Source: Octopus sinensis (Eukaryota). Taken from it: DNA of 64,000 nucleotides. The stretch spans positions 184,016,001 to 184,080,000 of the forward strand of contig NC_042998.1 of the NCBI RefSeq assembly GCF_006345805.1, written 5' to 3'. Shown in pieces: positions 48,715-63,883 of this stretch. The stretch's first letter is position 1. Every line of letters begins with the position of its first letter. The translations under genes and the position numbers were made by a program. The notes below the pieces were generated by a model, which was not told where the DNA came from, did not search any database, and saw only the letters and a program-made list of their open reading frames with translations.

Positions 48715-48990
48715 TGAAATTATTGTATACAGTGCTCAGGTGCACCACAACTTGTCAAAAGTGCATATAAAGCATATGCAGTAATGTACAAATGTCTGGG
48801 AAGGGAACAGTGTATGAGTCAGATACATGCTAGCGTGTGTATGGAGGGGAGAAAATCAGGTGTAGTGTTGGCGAATCTCAGGAAGCATGGAAGTTTTGAA
48901 GGATACAGTGCTCCGACAACTAACAACTGATGCTGGCAGTTTGTTCCATGCTTCAGCAACTCTTAACGTGAAAAAATGTTTCCGAAACAT
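48715..48990 (-). mobile_element. CR1-type LINE 3' end
   Basis: FFTLRVAEAWNKLPASVVSCRSTVSFK plus a 3' UTR shared with 52540-53170. Confidence 0.7.
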
Positions 48991-49319
48991 CCCCCCCACC
49001 AAAAAAAATACATATTGCCTACAGCAATAGCCTACAACAGGATGAAAAGTGCTGCCTTGGGCAGACCCCACCCCACCAGCTACAATAGTGAATGCAGTAG
49101 ATCTGAATCCCTAACCACATTGTTACGAAATAAACATTTAACCAAACAGCCAAGCCTGCATGAATACTCATGTATATTTAATGGTGAGGAATATTGGTAG
49201 AAAATTCCATGATCACCATCACCACAACCTGCACTTGTAGAGAAGTAAGACCACAAATCTCCCTAGCATCACTACTAAAACTAATGCCACTACACCATAT
49301 AATAAGGGACTGTCTACAT

Positions 49320-49538
49320 CAGTGGTTTTCAACCAGGGTTCTGCGGAACCTTAGGGTTCCACCAGTACAGTCCAGGGGTTCCGCAAGAAGTTACAAAAAT
49401 GCTAAAATCGACAGTAATTTTTAATTCTCCTGTGCAGATATGTGTGCATAAGACTATTAAATTATTGCACAGGGGTTCCTCGAGCCAGTGGAATGTTTCC
49501 TTGGGGTTCCACTCCAGCAACAAGGTTGAAAAGCACTG
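49320..49538. mobile_element. hAT-Charlie-like MITE
   Basis: TIRs cagtggttttcaacc / ggttgaaaagcactg; flanks gtctacat vs gtcacata (imperfect 8-bp TSD). Confidence 0.75.
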
Positions 49539-51206
49539 GTCACATAATCTGTTAGAAATATCTACTAAATCTCGTTTGAATTACACCCAAGAATTTTTCT
49601 GAAAAAAGAAAAAAATAACACAGATTGGTTAATGTAGGCCTGGATACTCTATCTCTAACGAAAAACAAAAATGAGGAAGTTCCAGTTGGAATAACTTTGA
49701 CCATAACTTTGCTTCATCAGGGCTGACCTAGAGCTAAACAGCAACAAAAACAATATACTTAATATTGAGCTGAGTGAGTCATTAGTTGACCCGCTAGAAA
49801 TAGAAGCTAAATTTTTTCAAATTGCGTCTTGCTATTTTAAAAGAATGAAAGGACACAGTTAATGCAGTCTGTTATGCCTAAAAACAAAACAAGATGTGAA
49901 TGGGTGGAATGTCTCTCACTATAGTTCTGTTCAATCAGGTCCATAATAAAGCCAAACAATAATACCAGTATCAACAGCACACCAGATATTGCTACTTGAA
50001 GCAGAAAACTAAGCAAGTGTACCATTGTTCCTATCGTCAGTTCAGTTAATGTAAATATCACAAAAAGAAAAAACAAAAAAAATACAGGAATCAATGATAT
50101 GGAAAATATAGGCTTAGGTTAAGTTATTAAATATTTATAAAGTAATTTAGTAATGGAAGATTCCAGTGGTGTAGAAACTATAAAAGCTATGGACAGGACT
50201 ATCCTTTCTGGAATTTGTAAAAGATGTAACAATAATAACCAATCAGAATTCTTTAGAATTCAATCAATGAATGAGTAACATCATTAAAATGTATGTGAAT
50301 CATTTCCAAAGTCCAGCATTTCATTGAAGTTATTATAAGTAAAATACCAGGAAATATTTCTATTGAATAGATGTAAGGCCAGATGAGTATTTGATTAAAA
50401 TAGCCACCCGTGTCACATACTTAATGTAGATGCACCATGAAAAGCAAACTTACTGCGGTATTTGTCTGGTGATTATATTTTTTGTGAATGTGTTGTGTTT
50501 AAAAACACCATATATATTGGTTTCAAATTTTGGCACAATGTCAGCAAGTTCAGGGGTGGGACTAAGTCAATTATATCTACCCCAGTACTCAACTGGTACT
50601 TATTTTATCAACCCTGAAAGGATGAAAGGCAAAGTTAACCTCAACAGGTACCAAACAGTCCAAATAGTTGTGCAAAAAACAATTTTCCTCCCCATAGGAC
50701 CAAAATTTTTGTCAAAACGATGACAACAGTTCAATTTCAACAAGAGTTCAAATGTAACTATTTCATCAGAAAAGTCAGCAACGACAAAAATACACTAACC
50801 AAATAAACTCATGAAGCAACAGAATTTTAAAATATAATTAATAAGTTTTGATTTAAGAAAATCTCTTTACATATGTATACACACACACTCACACACACAT
50901 ACACCATCATTTAATGTCTGTGTTCCATGCTAGCATGTGTTGGACAGGACCTGATATGTTCAAGGATTGCTTCATGCTCCAATGTCTTGGCATGGTTTCT
51001 ACAGCTGAATACCTTTCCTAATCCCAAACAACTTGTTTTTCATGCAACCAGAACTATTGAGGTCACCATGCAGCTCACAAAACTACAAACCCTGAAATGG
51101 GGTATCAACTTCATGCTAGTGGATGATGAGATTTAATTTAGGAAATGGGGGCAGTTACAGGTTCTTTTGAAGAAACTCCATGGCTACACACATCTTGTAG
51201 GAGAGA

Positions 51207-51250
<44 letters not shown>

Positions 51251-51689
51251 CATGAACAGTAGAAACTGCAAGGATAGATAATGGTGATAAGGTACGTAGA
51301 TGGTTCCACAAGGCACAAGGTGAATTGGAGACTCAGTTTGTAAAATTGTATGTGAAGGAGAAACAAGGGAGAGGGTTGAAGGGCTGATGAGTAAGGAGTC
51401 ATAAGTTGGGAAGATAGAGGGATGCAGACAACAGTTGGGGTGGCAAACAGCAGGAGTAGTAAAGATGATACAGTTGTAAGGTTGGGAGGGCATGAGAGAG
51501 GGATGACATAGTTGGGTGGTTTTTAAGAGGCAAGTGGGATGCAGGGGGAAAAGACAGGCCTAATGCATTGGAGTGGGGTGACTCATTGTAATGTGGGTGG
51601 AGAGCACAAGACTTAGTGCTTCCAGAACTCAGTATCATTGACGAAGGAAGCTCTTCTTTTGAGAACCTCATATCACTAGAAATCCTGAA

Positions 51690-52480
51690 TCTTTGTCATG
51701 TTCTCTGTCAGGTTCAGAGTCCTGAGGTCAGCCTTAATCACTTCATTCCATATCTTCCTGGTCCCCACGCTTCTACTAATTCCAGCCACATTTAGTGATT
51801 GGCACCTCTTTAATACAGCTGTCCACATCCATATGTATCACATGTTCATATCAGTGCAGTCTTCTTTCTTGCACACAACATCTGATTCCTCTAGTGTCCA
51901 GTTTTTTTACTCAGCACCTTAGTACTAATTCTTTCATGCATACTCACATTGCACATCCAACAGAGCATGCTTGCTTCATTTCTTTCCAGTATTCTCAGAT
52001 CCTCTGCATTCAAGACCCATGTCTCATTACACTGAAGCATTGCAGTTCAAACACAGGCATTATACAGCCTGTCATTCAGTCTAATGGAAAAGATCTTTAT
52101 CAGCAGTGGTAGTAGCTCTCCGAATTTTCTCAAACTGTTCTCATTCTAGCTTTTATACTTTTATAGCAACCGCATCCCTTGCTAACTACATCTCCTAGGT
52201 TATAAAAGCTATTAACTATTTCTAGTGAACCATCTGAGCATTTAAAAGACTCATTTTCTGGTGAGTTTCTGTGTACGCCTCAGTGTATCTACCACACATG
52301 AAGCTTACCTACTTCGATTGTCTGCCAGTGATACCACTACATCTCTTGATGTACAGTGCATGGAATTTGTAGCTACTCATTTTCTACATATTGAGAAAGG
52401 CCATTTCCCTGAAAGTACCAATCTTTCCTACTTTCTAAACCTATATTTTTGCCTGGTTAACCTTAAGGACCAGGATTAGG
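51690..52480 (-). mobile_element. RTE LINE fragment, degenerate
   Basis: Sequence similarity to 42987-43700 (gtgccaatc/catatgtatcac, ctacatctcctagg, tttctacatattgag segments). Confidence 0.6.
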
Positions 52481-52539
52481 TTTAGCTTCCATACTTAAAA
52501 TTTCTTCTCTAATTCTCTTGTAAATTCAGCTATGAGGAC

Positions 52540-53170
52540 TAGATCATTGGCATATAGGAGCCCACAATCATAATAGTCTTCCAATTGTCAAGAAGGCCGA
52601 GGGTGTCTTGGCATCACTCAACAAGACTTTTGTTAGCCGCTCTCCAGCCATCTATTTAAAGCTGTATACAGCTATGGTACGACCACACTTGGAATTCGCA
52701 TCATCAGTTTGGAACCCCTATCTTGCACAGAACATTGACCTCCTGGAATCTGTCCAGAGACGTGCAACCAAACGCATACCCTCCATCAGACACCTACCAT
52801 ACTCTGAGCGCCTTGTTTCCCTGGGCATGGATTCACTGAAGCTCCGGCATCTGGCGATGGACTTGGTAAACGCCCACAAAGTTATCAACCACCTCACCAA
52901 CAACAACACTGAACACCTTTTTGATCACCATGTGTCCAACACACGTGGACATGCCTACAAAGTCAGAAAACAGCACAGCTCCCATGACTTTCGGAAACAT
53001 TTTTTCATGCTCAGAGTTACTGAAGCATGGAATAAACTGCCTGCGTCAGTTGTTGACTGCCATGACACTGCATCCTTTAAGGCCCTCATGCTTTCTGAAA
53101 TCCGCCGAAACTACACCTGATTATACATACACTTTAGATGAGTTGTAGTGCACCTGAGTACTGTACACAA
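52540..53170 (+). mobile_element. CR1-type LINE 3' fragment
   Basis: LYTAMVRPHLEFASSVWNPY...LESVQRRATKRIP...TRGHAYKV...FFMLRVTEAWNKLP. Confidence 0.85.
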
Positions 53171-53199
53171 TGTTTTATTATTATTATCATTATTATTAT

Positions 53200-53590
53200 T
53201 ATTATTATGGCTTGGAGGACTATGATGACTGAGGGCTAACCTTTGATGGACTCCTATCTTCATGCTAAATTCATCATTGAAGTCATTTCCAAATCTCATT
53301 TTACTTACAGCAATCTTATACATAACCTGAACTGCCAGCATGAGCCATTCATCTGCACCTTGTTTCTTCAAAGCCTACCAAATTGCTAAATGTCAAATGC
53401 TTTCTTCAAATCAATGAAAGCCAGGGATAGCAATTTATCCTTGGCCGGGTATTTCCCCTGCAGTTGCCTCACTAAGAAGATTACATCTGTGTTGCCTCTT
53501 CCAGGGACAAAGCAAAACTGCATCTCATCCAGGGTCTGTTCTATCATGGATTAATTAGGCTATGATTTTCTACATGACCTTCATAACTTG
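53200..53590 (-). mobile_element. RTE LINE RT fragment, degenerate
   Basis: VQVMYKIAVSKMRFGNDFNDEFSMKIGVHQ, homologous to 43675-43965. Confidence 0.55.
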
Positions 53591-53741
53591 ATCTAGAAGT
53601 TTGATTCCCCATAGCTGTTTCTTTCTAAAGCATCACTTTTGTCCTTGATACCCACACACTTATAAACAGATAGATAGACAGACAGACAGATAGATAGATA
53701 GATAGATAGATAGATATATAGATAGATATAGATAGATAGAT

Positions 53742-53850
<109 letters not shown>

Positions 53851-53949
53851 GGAGATAGTGAGTTAGAGGAAGAAAAGATCGAAGCAAAAGACCGAATTGA
53901 GACAAAAAGAAAAAGGAAATGACAGCATGAATGCATCTGTAGGGAAACT

Positions 53950-55650
53950 TAGAATATATAATTATTTATTGTGGTGAATGTTTGTGTGTGTGTATGTATG
54001 AAAGTATTTGTATGTGTGTGTATAAATGTGTGTGCATATGTATGCATATGTATACTGACTGTAGGAGTATGTGTGAAAGAGAGAGAGCGAGAGAGGGAGT
54101 GGGGGGCAAGTTTTTTGAGAGGGGTTTGGTGGTGCTGATAAAGGGAGTAGATTTGGTGTAAATGGTAGCAGTAGAAGTGGCCGAGCAGAACAACCAGAGG
54201 TAGTAGTGGGGTGGTTTTGATGGTGGTGGTGGTAATGGTGATCGATGGTGGCGATGGTAGGGGTGGTACAAATCTGGGTGGTGACAGTGGCGACAGTGGT
54301 GGAGTAGGGCACAGTGCTGATAGATGGGGTGGCGGAGCAGGCACAGTTGTGATGCTAGAGGTGTGTGTGTGTGGTGGGTGGTGTTGTCGTTGTTGGCGGC
54401 GGCGGCGGTGGTGGTGATTGTGCAGGTGGTGGTGATAGTGGTGGAGCATGTGCGATGTTCGTGGTGGTGGTGGGGTTGGCAGTGATGGGGTTGGTGGTGG
54501 TGATGGTGGGGTTGGCAGTGATGGGGTTGGTGGTGGTGGTGGTGGTGGTGGAGGTGGTTGTATATATTTGCAACAATAGCAAGATATCTCTTTGTTGCCT
54601 TGTTACTTGATTAGAGGCAATTTCTCAGTAAAGTAAAGTATGTATGTGTGAGTGTATTTGTGTGTGTGTGTGTCTGTGAGTGTATTTGTGAGTGTGTGTG
54701 TGAGTGTGTGTGTGTGTGTACGTGTGCACGCATGTGTGTGTGTACGTGTGCATGCGTGTGTGTGTGTATTATTGAACACATCTATCTATCTATATATATA
54801 CATATATGTAAATGTGCAGATGTGTAATGTACTTTAAGCTCTGTACATGCTGCATTGCTATGTGCAGGCATCTGACATGATGCAGTAGCATAGCAGCAGT
54901 GTAGCAGCGGAGGCAGTCAAAGAAGAAGCAGTAGTTATAGTAGTATGAGTAGCAGTAGGAGTATTTAGTAGTAGTAGTAGTAGTAGTAGTAGTATGAGGA
55001 GGAGGATTAAGTAAATGGCAAATAGCTGATATGTTACTGTTTAGGAAGAGAGAAGACTTTGGAGGACATGAGGCATTACTACGGAATATTACATTATCAA
55101 AGTTATCGTCGTCATTCTCCACAGCATCGTCAACAGTTTTGTGGTCACCATCATCATCATCATCATCATCATCGCCATCACCATCGTCTTCATCCCGTTC
55201 ATTGCCGTCGTCATCGCTGTCTTCTCTGTCGTTGTCACTATCATCATCATCATCAACAGCACCAGTTTCGCCACTGCCGTTACCACAACAGTCAACATTA
55301 TCATCCTTACCATCGTCGTCTCTGTTGCCCTCCTCTTCATCACCGACAGCGGCATCAACAACAACAACAATAGTGTTAGCATTATTGCCATCACTATTAT
55401 CATCAACTTCATCAACTCTCCATCAGCTTTCCTCATACTTTCATTATCATCATTAACTGTCATCAACAGAACATCTATCATAGCCACCACCACCACCACC
55501 ACCACCACCATCACCACCACCTCCACTTCTACTACTTTTACTACTACTACCATTGGTGGTATCAGTAATGCCATTATAATTCTTAATATTATTATTGTTA
55601 TAACTCTCCAAGGTGTCTGCACTATTGAAAGAAGGTGCAGCTATTGATAT
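53950..55650. repeat. Mosaic of trinucleotide and dinucleotide simple repeats (GGT, CAT, CAC, TAG, GT)
   Basis: Read directly; yields low-complexity ORFs in several frames. Confidence 0.85.
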
Positions 55651-56235
55651 AATCAACTTAATTAGAGCCATTTACAAAGTGATATCACAAAAACAAAACA
55701 AAACAAAACAAAAAAATGGAGGAAAATAACAAAAAAACAAAGACAAATTCTATTAACATAAATTTGTTATTCTAAGTAATCATTCAATTTTTATTTAAAA
55801 TTATAGTATGAATTATAATATTTGAAATATTTCAAACGCTGAACTCAAAAAATTAACACAAACCAATGTGACTATTTTAGCAGGCACCCTTTTTCTTTTT
55901 AGATTAAAAGTAGATCATTATCTAATTATCATGCGTAAAAGTAACGTAATTAAAACTAAATGAATAAAGAATTAGGAAGTTAAAACACGCACAATCAACA
56001 TGCGGAAACAGTGAAAAATTAAGAAAAAAACAGAACAAAGTGAGAAAGATTAGGCAAAAGATTTGCTTAAATCAAAGAAAACAAACAGTAAAAAACCTAT
56101 ATTCTGAAGTTTCTTTTCTTTTTCTTTTTTATATTTTAGATTTCATTTTAACTTACTTTTTATTTAAAATATATACACACAAATATACATACATACATAC
56201 ATACACACATACACATGTACTTACATACTTAGATA

Positions 56236-56269
<34 letters not shown>

Positions 56270-56350
56270 CGACCGTCCGTCTGTCAGTCTGTCTGTCTGT
56301 CAGTCTGTCAATCTGTCAGTTTGTCTGTCTATCTATCTGTCTATCTATCC

Positions 56351-56405
<55 letters not shown>

Positions 56406-56516
56406 CGTCCGTGTGTCTGTCTGTCTGCCTGACTATCTGTCTGTCTGCCTGCCTGTCCGTCTGTCTGCCTATCTATCTATTGATTATCTATTCATTTATC
56501 TATCTTTCTACACACA

Positions 56517-56575
<59 letters not shown>

Positions 56576-57115
56576 ATTTCTCATTTTCTGAGGACGTTTA
56601 AAAAAAAGCAGTCTTAATTACAAGTAAGTTTTTTTCACATTTTCTATTTTCATTACTTTTTTCCTTTGTCCAGTAACTGCTCCCCCACTTCCTTTCATCA
56701 ATTTTACATGCTCTCTCTTTCTTTCACCTTCTCTCTCTCTCTTTCTCTTTCCTTCACACACACATACACAAACACACACACACACTCACATCACACATGT
56801 ACGCATGGTCATAAATGCAGACATACTCATACACAAACTTCCACTTTCCATTGTGGTGGCAGAGACTTGGGTGCACTTTATAATTCCTTCTGTCCCATTG
56901 TGAGTTTGTACCAAACAATTATCTAATAAGAAAAAAAAGGTTTACATAAAAGCCCCTAAGACAATATATATTGTAAATATCTAATGATCTAATACATTGG
57001 TCAGATTAATTTAGATTATTAAGATTGTATATTAACCGTTCATTGTAAATTGACCTTCCCTCTTTCTCTTCACATACACACACATACACGTGCATACACA
57101 CACATACACATATAC

Positions 57116-57196
<81 letters not shown>

Positions 57197-57280
57197 CACA
57201 TACATACACAGGTACACATATATGTATAAAAGTCTATACTTTCATCTCACTCTCTTTCTGTAAATCTATCTATCTATCTG

Positions 57281-57333
<53 letters not shown>

Positions 57334-58316
57334 ATGCACATATAATGCAGGTACATTTTTAATAAATATATAAAGTCAGTTACATACACACACACACACA
57401 CACATACATACATGCCCATACACCCACACACACATGCACACATGCACACACTCATGCACATATACACACAAATATATGTACATATACATGTATATGGTAT
57501 ATAAATATTTCAACTAGTAGCTGATATACTGTCCCAGAGTGGTTACTGTTTTTTTTTATTTTATTTCATTTTACTAATTTTTTTTTTTTTGCTTTTGGTC
57601 CATCAGTTTTTGTCCAATGAACTGGTGTTTTATCTGTGACCACTACCAGTCAGTATTAATCACCCAGTATATACTAGCATCAAAGCAATGATCAGTACAC
57701 ACTAACACGCGAGTAAGTATCCAGTTGATTGCCACACGCACTGCTCTTAACAATGGATAACGACACTGTTTTGGTAAGACACTGAAAAAAGCACAACAAC
57801 AACATTTCTGGATTATATTTACTAGTTTGTTGGAAGATATAAAGGGATTAAACACATCAATGGATTTAAGCCTTCACTGAAATTGTTGAGTGATGCTTGG
57901 AATATTATGAAATGCATCATTGGATTTTACTAGGTTTTGGGATTGGTTGATGCTGATAAGAGACTAAAATACATCCTGGATTCTTCTAGTTACTTCGATT
58001 GCGAAAGTAGAAGATGATGATTTTAATATTGCAAACGAAAAGAAGGATTAAGAAAGAATTGGATATGAAAAGGAACAGAGTTCAATCCCTTATGAAGACA
58101 GCAATTTCATCATGAGTTACTTTACTCTATAAAAATAAAATTAAATAAAAAAATAACAAAAATAACTTTCAAAGAAGAAAATACAGATAAAAAAAACGAT
58201 GGAGGAGTGTAATTCACATTTGGGTGAGTACAAAATTTTGGATAAATTTTACATTTATTTTTGCAATATCATATCATATTAAGTGTGCACATGTTGATGA
58301 AAGCAAGAATATGTAC

Positions 58317-58446
<130 letters not shown>

Positions 58447-58937
58447 TTTCTTTCTTTCCACCTATCTGTTCATCTGTCTGCGGATGTATATATTAATATA
58501 TTATTTTAATATTATTCTTACAGTGATTACCAATGTTTCAGATCTTGCGACTTTTCGCAACAGCGAACATTTGTCCACGAGAAAAGTTGTGAGACTTGAA
58601 ATGTCGGTGCTGTCATAGGGGTTAGGGGTTATAATCAAATCACAAATCACAAATCACAAATCAATATAATTCTTAATAATTCTAAAATGTATTGAAATCT
58701 TTCTTGCATGACTGTTTGGTCTTCTTAGCCTTTGGGTTAAGAGTGTATGTGTGTTTGTGCATGTGTGTATGTGCCTTTAGGCTTTTCTATATATGTAGGA
58801 TGTATGTAGATAGATAGGGAGCTATGTAAGTAGGTATGAGTGCATGCATGCATACTTACATACTTGTATACTTATATTTGTAACGGTGTACAGGTATGTA
58901 CATTTATATATATATATATATATACATATACATTATT

Positions 58938-59021
<84 letters not shown>

Positions 59022-59129
59022 TATATTCAAAGATATATATATATATATGCACATACTTTATATACATGTAGAAATCTGTTGATGAACATGACCCAGGCAT
59101 TATTGTCAACAGCAATGCATCAGATGAAC

Positions 59130-59640
59130 CCGATTTCTAAAAAACATCAAAAAGGCTGGTGTCTTACCAACAATCACTAAGACCTTTGTCAGCCACTCAC
59201 CAGCCATCTATTTAAAGCTATATATGGCTATAACCCCACTTCTTGTATAAAATATCGATCTACCGGAAGCTGTCCAGAGATGTGCTACCAGACGAATTCA
59301 CTTTGTCGGTTCACTTTATGTCTTGAAAGTCTTTTTTTTTGTTGTTGTTTTTTTTTTTTGTGGGCAGTGATACATCAAAGATACATCAAAGCTTCAAGGT
59401 GTGGCAGCTGACTTGGTAGAAACCCACAAGATTATCTACCAGCTAGTCACTTTTTTCAATTCGGTATTTCTCCCACCTGTGGAGATGCTCATAAAATCAA
59501 AAACAACACAACACCCAGGACTTCTGGAAACATTTATTTCACATTCAGAATTGCCAAAGCATGGAATAAATTAACTGCAATGGGTTTTTTTAGCTATCAG
59601 GACATTGCTTCCATGCTTCCCAAAATGTGTCAACATCACT
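59130..59640 (+). mobile_element. CR1-type LINE 3' fragment, degenerate
   Basis: Similar to 52580-53110 (gccatctatttaaagct, gctgtccagaga, catggaataaa). Confidence 0.55.
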
Positions 59641-60001
59641 CCTGACATGCCTTCACAATTTTTCCCTTCCTTTTTACACTTAACTTTTCTGTGTTTTGTT
59701 TTCTTCTTTTATACATGCACTTCTTACTATCACATGCTGTCTTTCTTTACTGGACTTATTGCAACTTGTATCTCCTCTTTTACCTTTTTCTGTTGAGTCA
59801 TAGTACACCTGCGTAACGTGTACAATATTAGTATTTTTGCCTTTCATCATTTTGGGGGATGATGAAATATGAAAAAAGTACCAGTTATGCACTGGAGTTG
59901 ATGTAATCAACTAGCCCCATAACCTCAAATTTCAGGCCTTGTGCCTATAGTAGAAAGGATTGTTGTTACCATGATTATTATTATTATTATTTATTATTTT
60001 A

Positions 60002-60040
<39 letters not shown>

Positions 60041-60165
60041 GAGATCGACTCTGCCTTTCATCCTTTCAGAGTTGATAAAACAAGTACTAGTTGAGCACTG
60101 GGATTGACTTAATTGACTTGGCCCCTTCCCCAAAACTGCTGACCTTGTGCCAAAATTTGAAACCA

Positions 60166-60221
<56 letters not shown>

Positions 60222-60878
60222 CAAAATATATGCATGTATTGATAAACATGCAGTCATATATAAGTAAAGATGTATCTATGAATGCAAGTATACTCCTCCT
60301 CCTCTTTCAATTCATCATCAGTGTTTCATGTCTGTTTTCCATACTGGCATGGGTTGGAGGAGTTGTCACAGTTTAAATCATCTGTTATTGGTACCCACTG
60401 CTCCCATGGACTAGTGTTTGTGTGTATCATTTGGTTTGGTTTCTATGGTTGGATACCCTTCCTCTCAATAACTACTTTACTAAATGTACAGGGCATATCT
60501 TTTTGTGGTGCCAACTTTCTCTGCCTATTTACTGACCAAATTTTTGTGTGTACAGGGTACATTTTTCATGGTACTAACACTAGAGAGATTGTTATGCTCC
60601 CCAATCTCTCTAGAAGTGGCACAATTTGATAGCTTTGTCTCCTGACACTAGCTGGAAAGTGAAGAAAGGTACACAGGAAGAGTAGAAAGTACTTGGTAGC
60701 CTAAAGACGTGAACTGAAGAGGAGGAAGGGGAGGATGAGGAGGAGGAGGGAATTGCACAAGATAGAAAGTGGGGGAGCAGTGACAACAGTACAAAGATGG
60801 GTGAGAGGAGCATGTGTATAGGTGAGCAGTCATTCAAAAACTTAGGATGTATACATTTGGTTATAGGAGAGAACTTAG

Positions 60879-60915
<37 letters not shown>

Positions 60916-61028
60916 TAGATAGATAGATAGATACATACATACATACATAGATAGATAGATACATAGATAGATAGGTAGGTAGATAGGTAGGTAGGTAGAT
61001 AGATAGATAGATAGATAGATGATAGATT

Positions 61029-61119
<91 letters not shown>

Positions 61120-61679
61120 AAGAGAGGGAGAGTGAGTGATTACATTAGATGGGCCAGAATGAGGGTCAGGGGAGCAAGAATAAAGTATAAGAGGCAGGAT
61201 TCTTTTTGGTATAAATTGAGTAATTGCCAATTGCAGAAGTAGGTAATGAGATAAAGGAAAGGGTAGGTGATGGTTGGCAACAGAAGTGACCTAGTGGAGA
61301 GAAACTATAGGATATTGGGTAGAAGGATGTGGGTGGTCTGACGCAGTCTCTCAAACACAGGTCTATGAAGAGTGAGCCAGGTAGGACGGGGAGAATGAGG
61401 AATAGAGTGGTATGAGTGAGGAAGGAGAGCTATAGGTAGAAAAGAGGAGACAGAGTGCAAGGTGAGAGGGGCTGCAGGCGATAGGCTTGGCGTGTACAAG
61501 AAATATCTCAGCCTCTAAATAATGTACCTGTGTCAGGGCGCATTACAACATGAGTGCTCAGTGTTTCTGCTGCAACACTGCATATAACCAACCAAAATGG
61601 TCCTTTGTCATCCCATGAGATGTAGTATATTCAGATCAATAGTTTTCACTACTTGTCCCAAGTCTTTCTTGTTTCCCAC

Positions 61680-61740
<61 letters not shown>

Positions 61741-61919
61741 TATATAATACATTTATATATATATGTATGTAGTATGTATGTATGTATGGTATGTATGTAT
61801 GTATGTATGTATGCGTGCATGCGTGTGTATGTGTGTGTTATGTTTTGTGTGTGTGTGTGTTGTGTGTTGTTTGTGAGTGCATGTGTGTATTTGTATATAC
61901 ACAGTCACACACATGCTTG

Positions 61920-61952
<33 letters not shown>

Positions 61953-61957
61953 TTCTG

Positions 61958-63449
61958 GGTTCAGTCTTACAGCATGGCACCTTGGGCAAGTGTCTTCTAC
62001 TATAGCCTCGGGCTGACCAAGGCCTTGTGAGTGGATTTGGTAGAAGGAAACTGAAAGTAGCCTTTCTCATCTATCTATCTATCTATCTATCTGTCTGTCT
62101 GTCTATCTCTGTGTATGTCTATATGTCTTTGTCTGTGTTTGTCTCCTCATACGACTGCTTGATAAATTGCGTTGAGCTGTTTACTTCCCCATAACTTTGT
62201 GGTTCACCAAAAGACACCGATAGAATGAGTACAAGGCTTATAAAAACAAAAAGGAGTACTGGAATCTATTTATTTGACTATAAAATATTCTTCAAGGCAT
62301 TGCTCTAGCATGGTCACAGTCTGATGACTGAAACAAATGAAAGATGAAAGATAAAAGATATATATTATAATGTGTTTGAACCATTCCATTAAGTGTAAAT
62401 GAGGTAAATGTTTTCAAAAGCCCTTGACCTTATGTGTGTGAGGAATGTAGCAAAATATGTAAAAGGATGTCAGTGAATAAAGACAAAAGATATTGCGTGT
62501 GGTAAGAAGTTTGTTTCTCAACCACATGGTTCTAGGTTCAGTCCCACTGCATGCCACCTTAGGCAAGTGTTTCTTACTATGGCCTCGGACCGACCAAAGA
62601 TTTTGTGAGTTGATTTGGTAGATGGAAACAGAAAGAAGCCGGTCATGTAAGCACACACACACACACACACACATATATGTATATATATATAATATGTACA
62701 TGTATTTGTGTGTGTTTTGTGTCTTTGCGTCTTGACAATTGATGTTGGTGTGTTTATGTCCCCATAACACAGAAGTTTGGCAAAGAAGACTGATAGAATA
62801 AGTACTAGGCTTACAAACTATAAGTTCTGGAGTAAATTTCTTCGATGAAAACACTTTCAGGTGGTGCTCCAACATGGCCACAGCCAAAATGACTGAAACA
62901 TGTAAAAGAGCAAAAGAATAAAAGAGTAAGTTGTTTAAGGACCCTATAATATTTCAGAAAGAACACCTCTTTCCTATTACAAAATAGAAAAACAAAATAA
63001 AAAAGAACAAAAAAACTCCAACTAATCATATAGTCTGCAGAAATGTGTTGTTATCGGCAGGCTGTTCTAGCGAGTTCGTTGTTGTGATAGAAATTTTTTG
63101 AAATAGTTTCAGTACCACATGTGTTGGTAGAATTGTGTGGCTTGTTGATGTGGATTGCATCAGCATACAAGCACAGGTGTGGCTGTATGGTATGCTTCCC
63201 AACCACATGATTCTGGGTTCAGTCCCGCTGTGTGACACCTTGGGCAAGTGTCTTCTACTATAGTCTCGCGAGTGGCTTTGGTAGATGGAAACTGAAAGAA
63301 GCCTGCTGAATATATATATAGAAGAGCGTAGACTCGAAACGTAAAAGACTTTTCCTATTCCTGAGCATTATACTAATACATCGTTTGTTTTGTACACCAC
63401 CTGTCTTCGTTTTTTTGTTTTTTTCGTAAACTCTCCCTATATATATATA

Positions 63450-63502
<53 letters not shown>

Positions 63503-63745
63503 GTATGTAGTATGCATATATGTGTGTTGTGTGTGTGTGTATTGTGTGTGTGTGTCTGTGTTTGTCACCCCTCCCAGCATTGCTTGACAACCAATGTTGG
63601 TGTGTTTACATCCTCATAATTTAGCAGTTCAGTAAAAGAGACCAATAGAATAAGTACTAGACTTACAAAGAATAAAACCTAGGATTGATTTCTTCAACTA
63701 AAACCCTCAAGGCAGAGCCCCAGCCCAATGATTGAAACAAGTAAA
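61958..63745 (+). mobile_element. Three tandemly arranged tRNA-derived SINE copies (~61958-62360, ~62498-62930, ~63175-63745)
   Basis: Each has ccttgggcaagtgt.../gatagaataagtact.../tgactgaaac family motifs. Confidence 0.8.
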
Positions 63746-63796
63746 GCAGAATATTATACATGTGTATGTATATATATATATATAATATATGTATAT

Positions 63797-63842
<46 letters not shown>

Positions 63843-63883
63843 TATATATATGCATTATATATATAATATATATATATATATTA

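Noticed and set aside
53949-55671. Several 100-177-aa ORFs rich in His/Thr/Val/Met
   Set aside because: Overlapping ORFs on both strands from trinucleotide repeats; no domain.
57607-57712. Plus-strand exon-like segment with a strong gtaagt donor
   Set aside because: Stops in all three frames and no partner exons; at most a non-coding exon.
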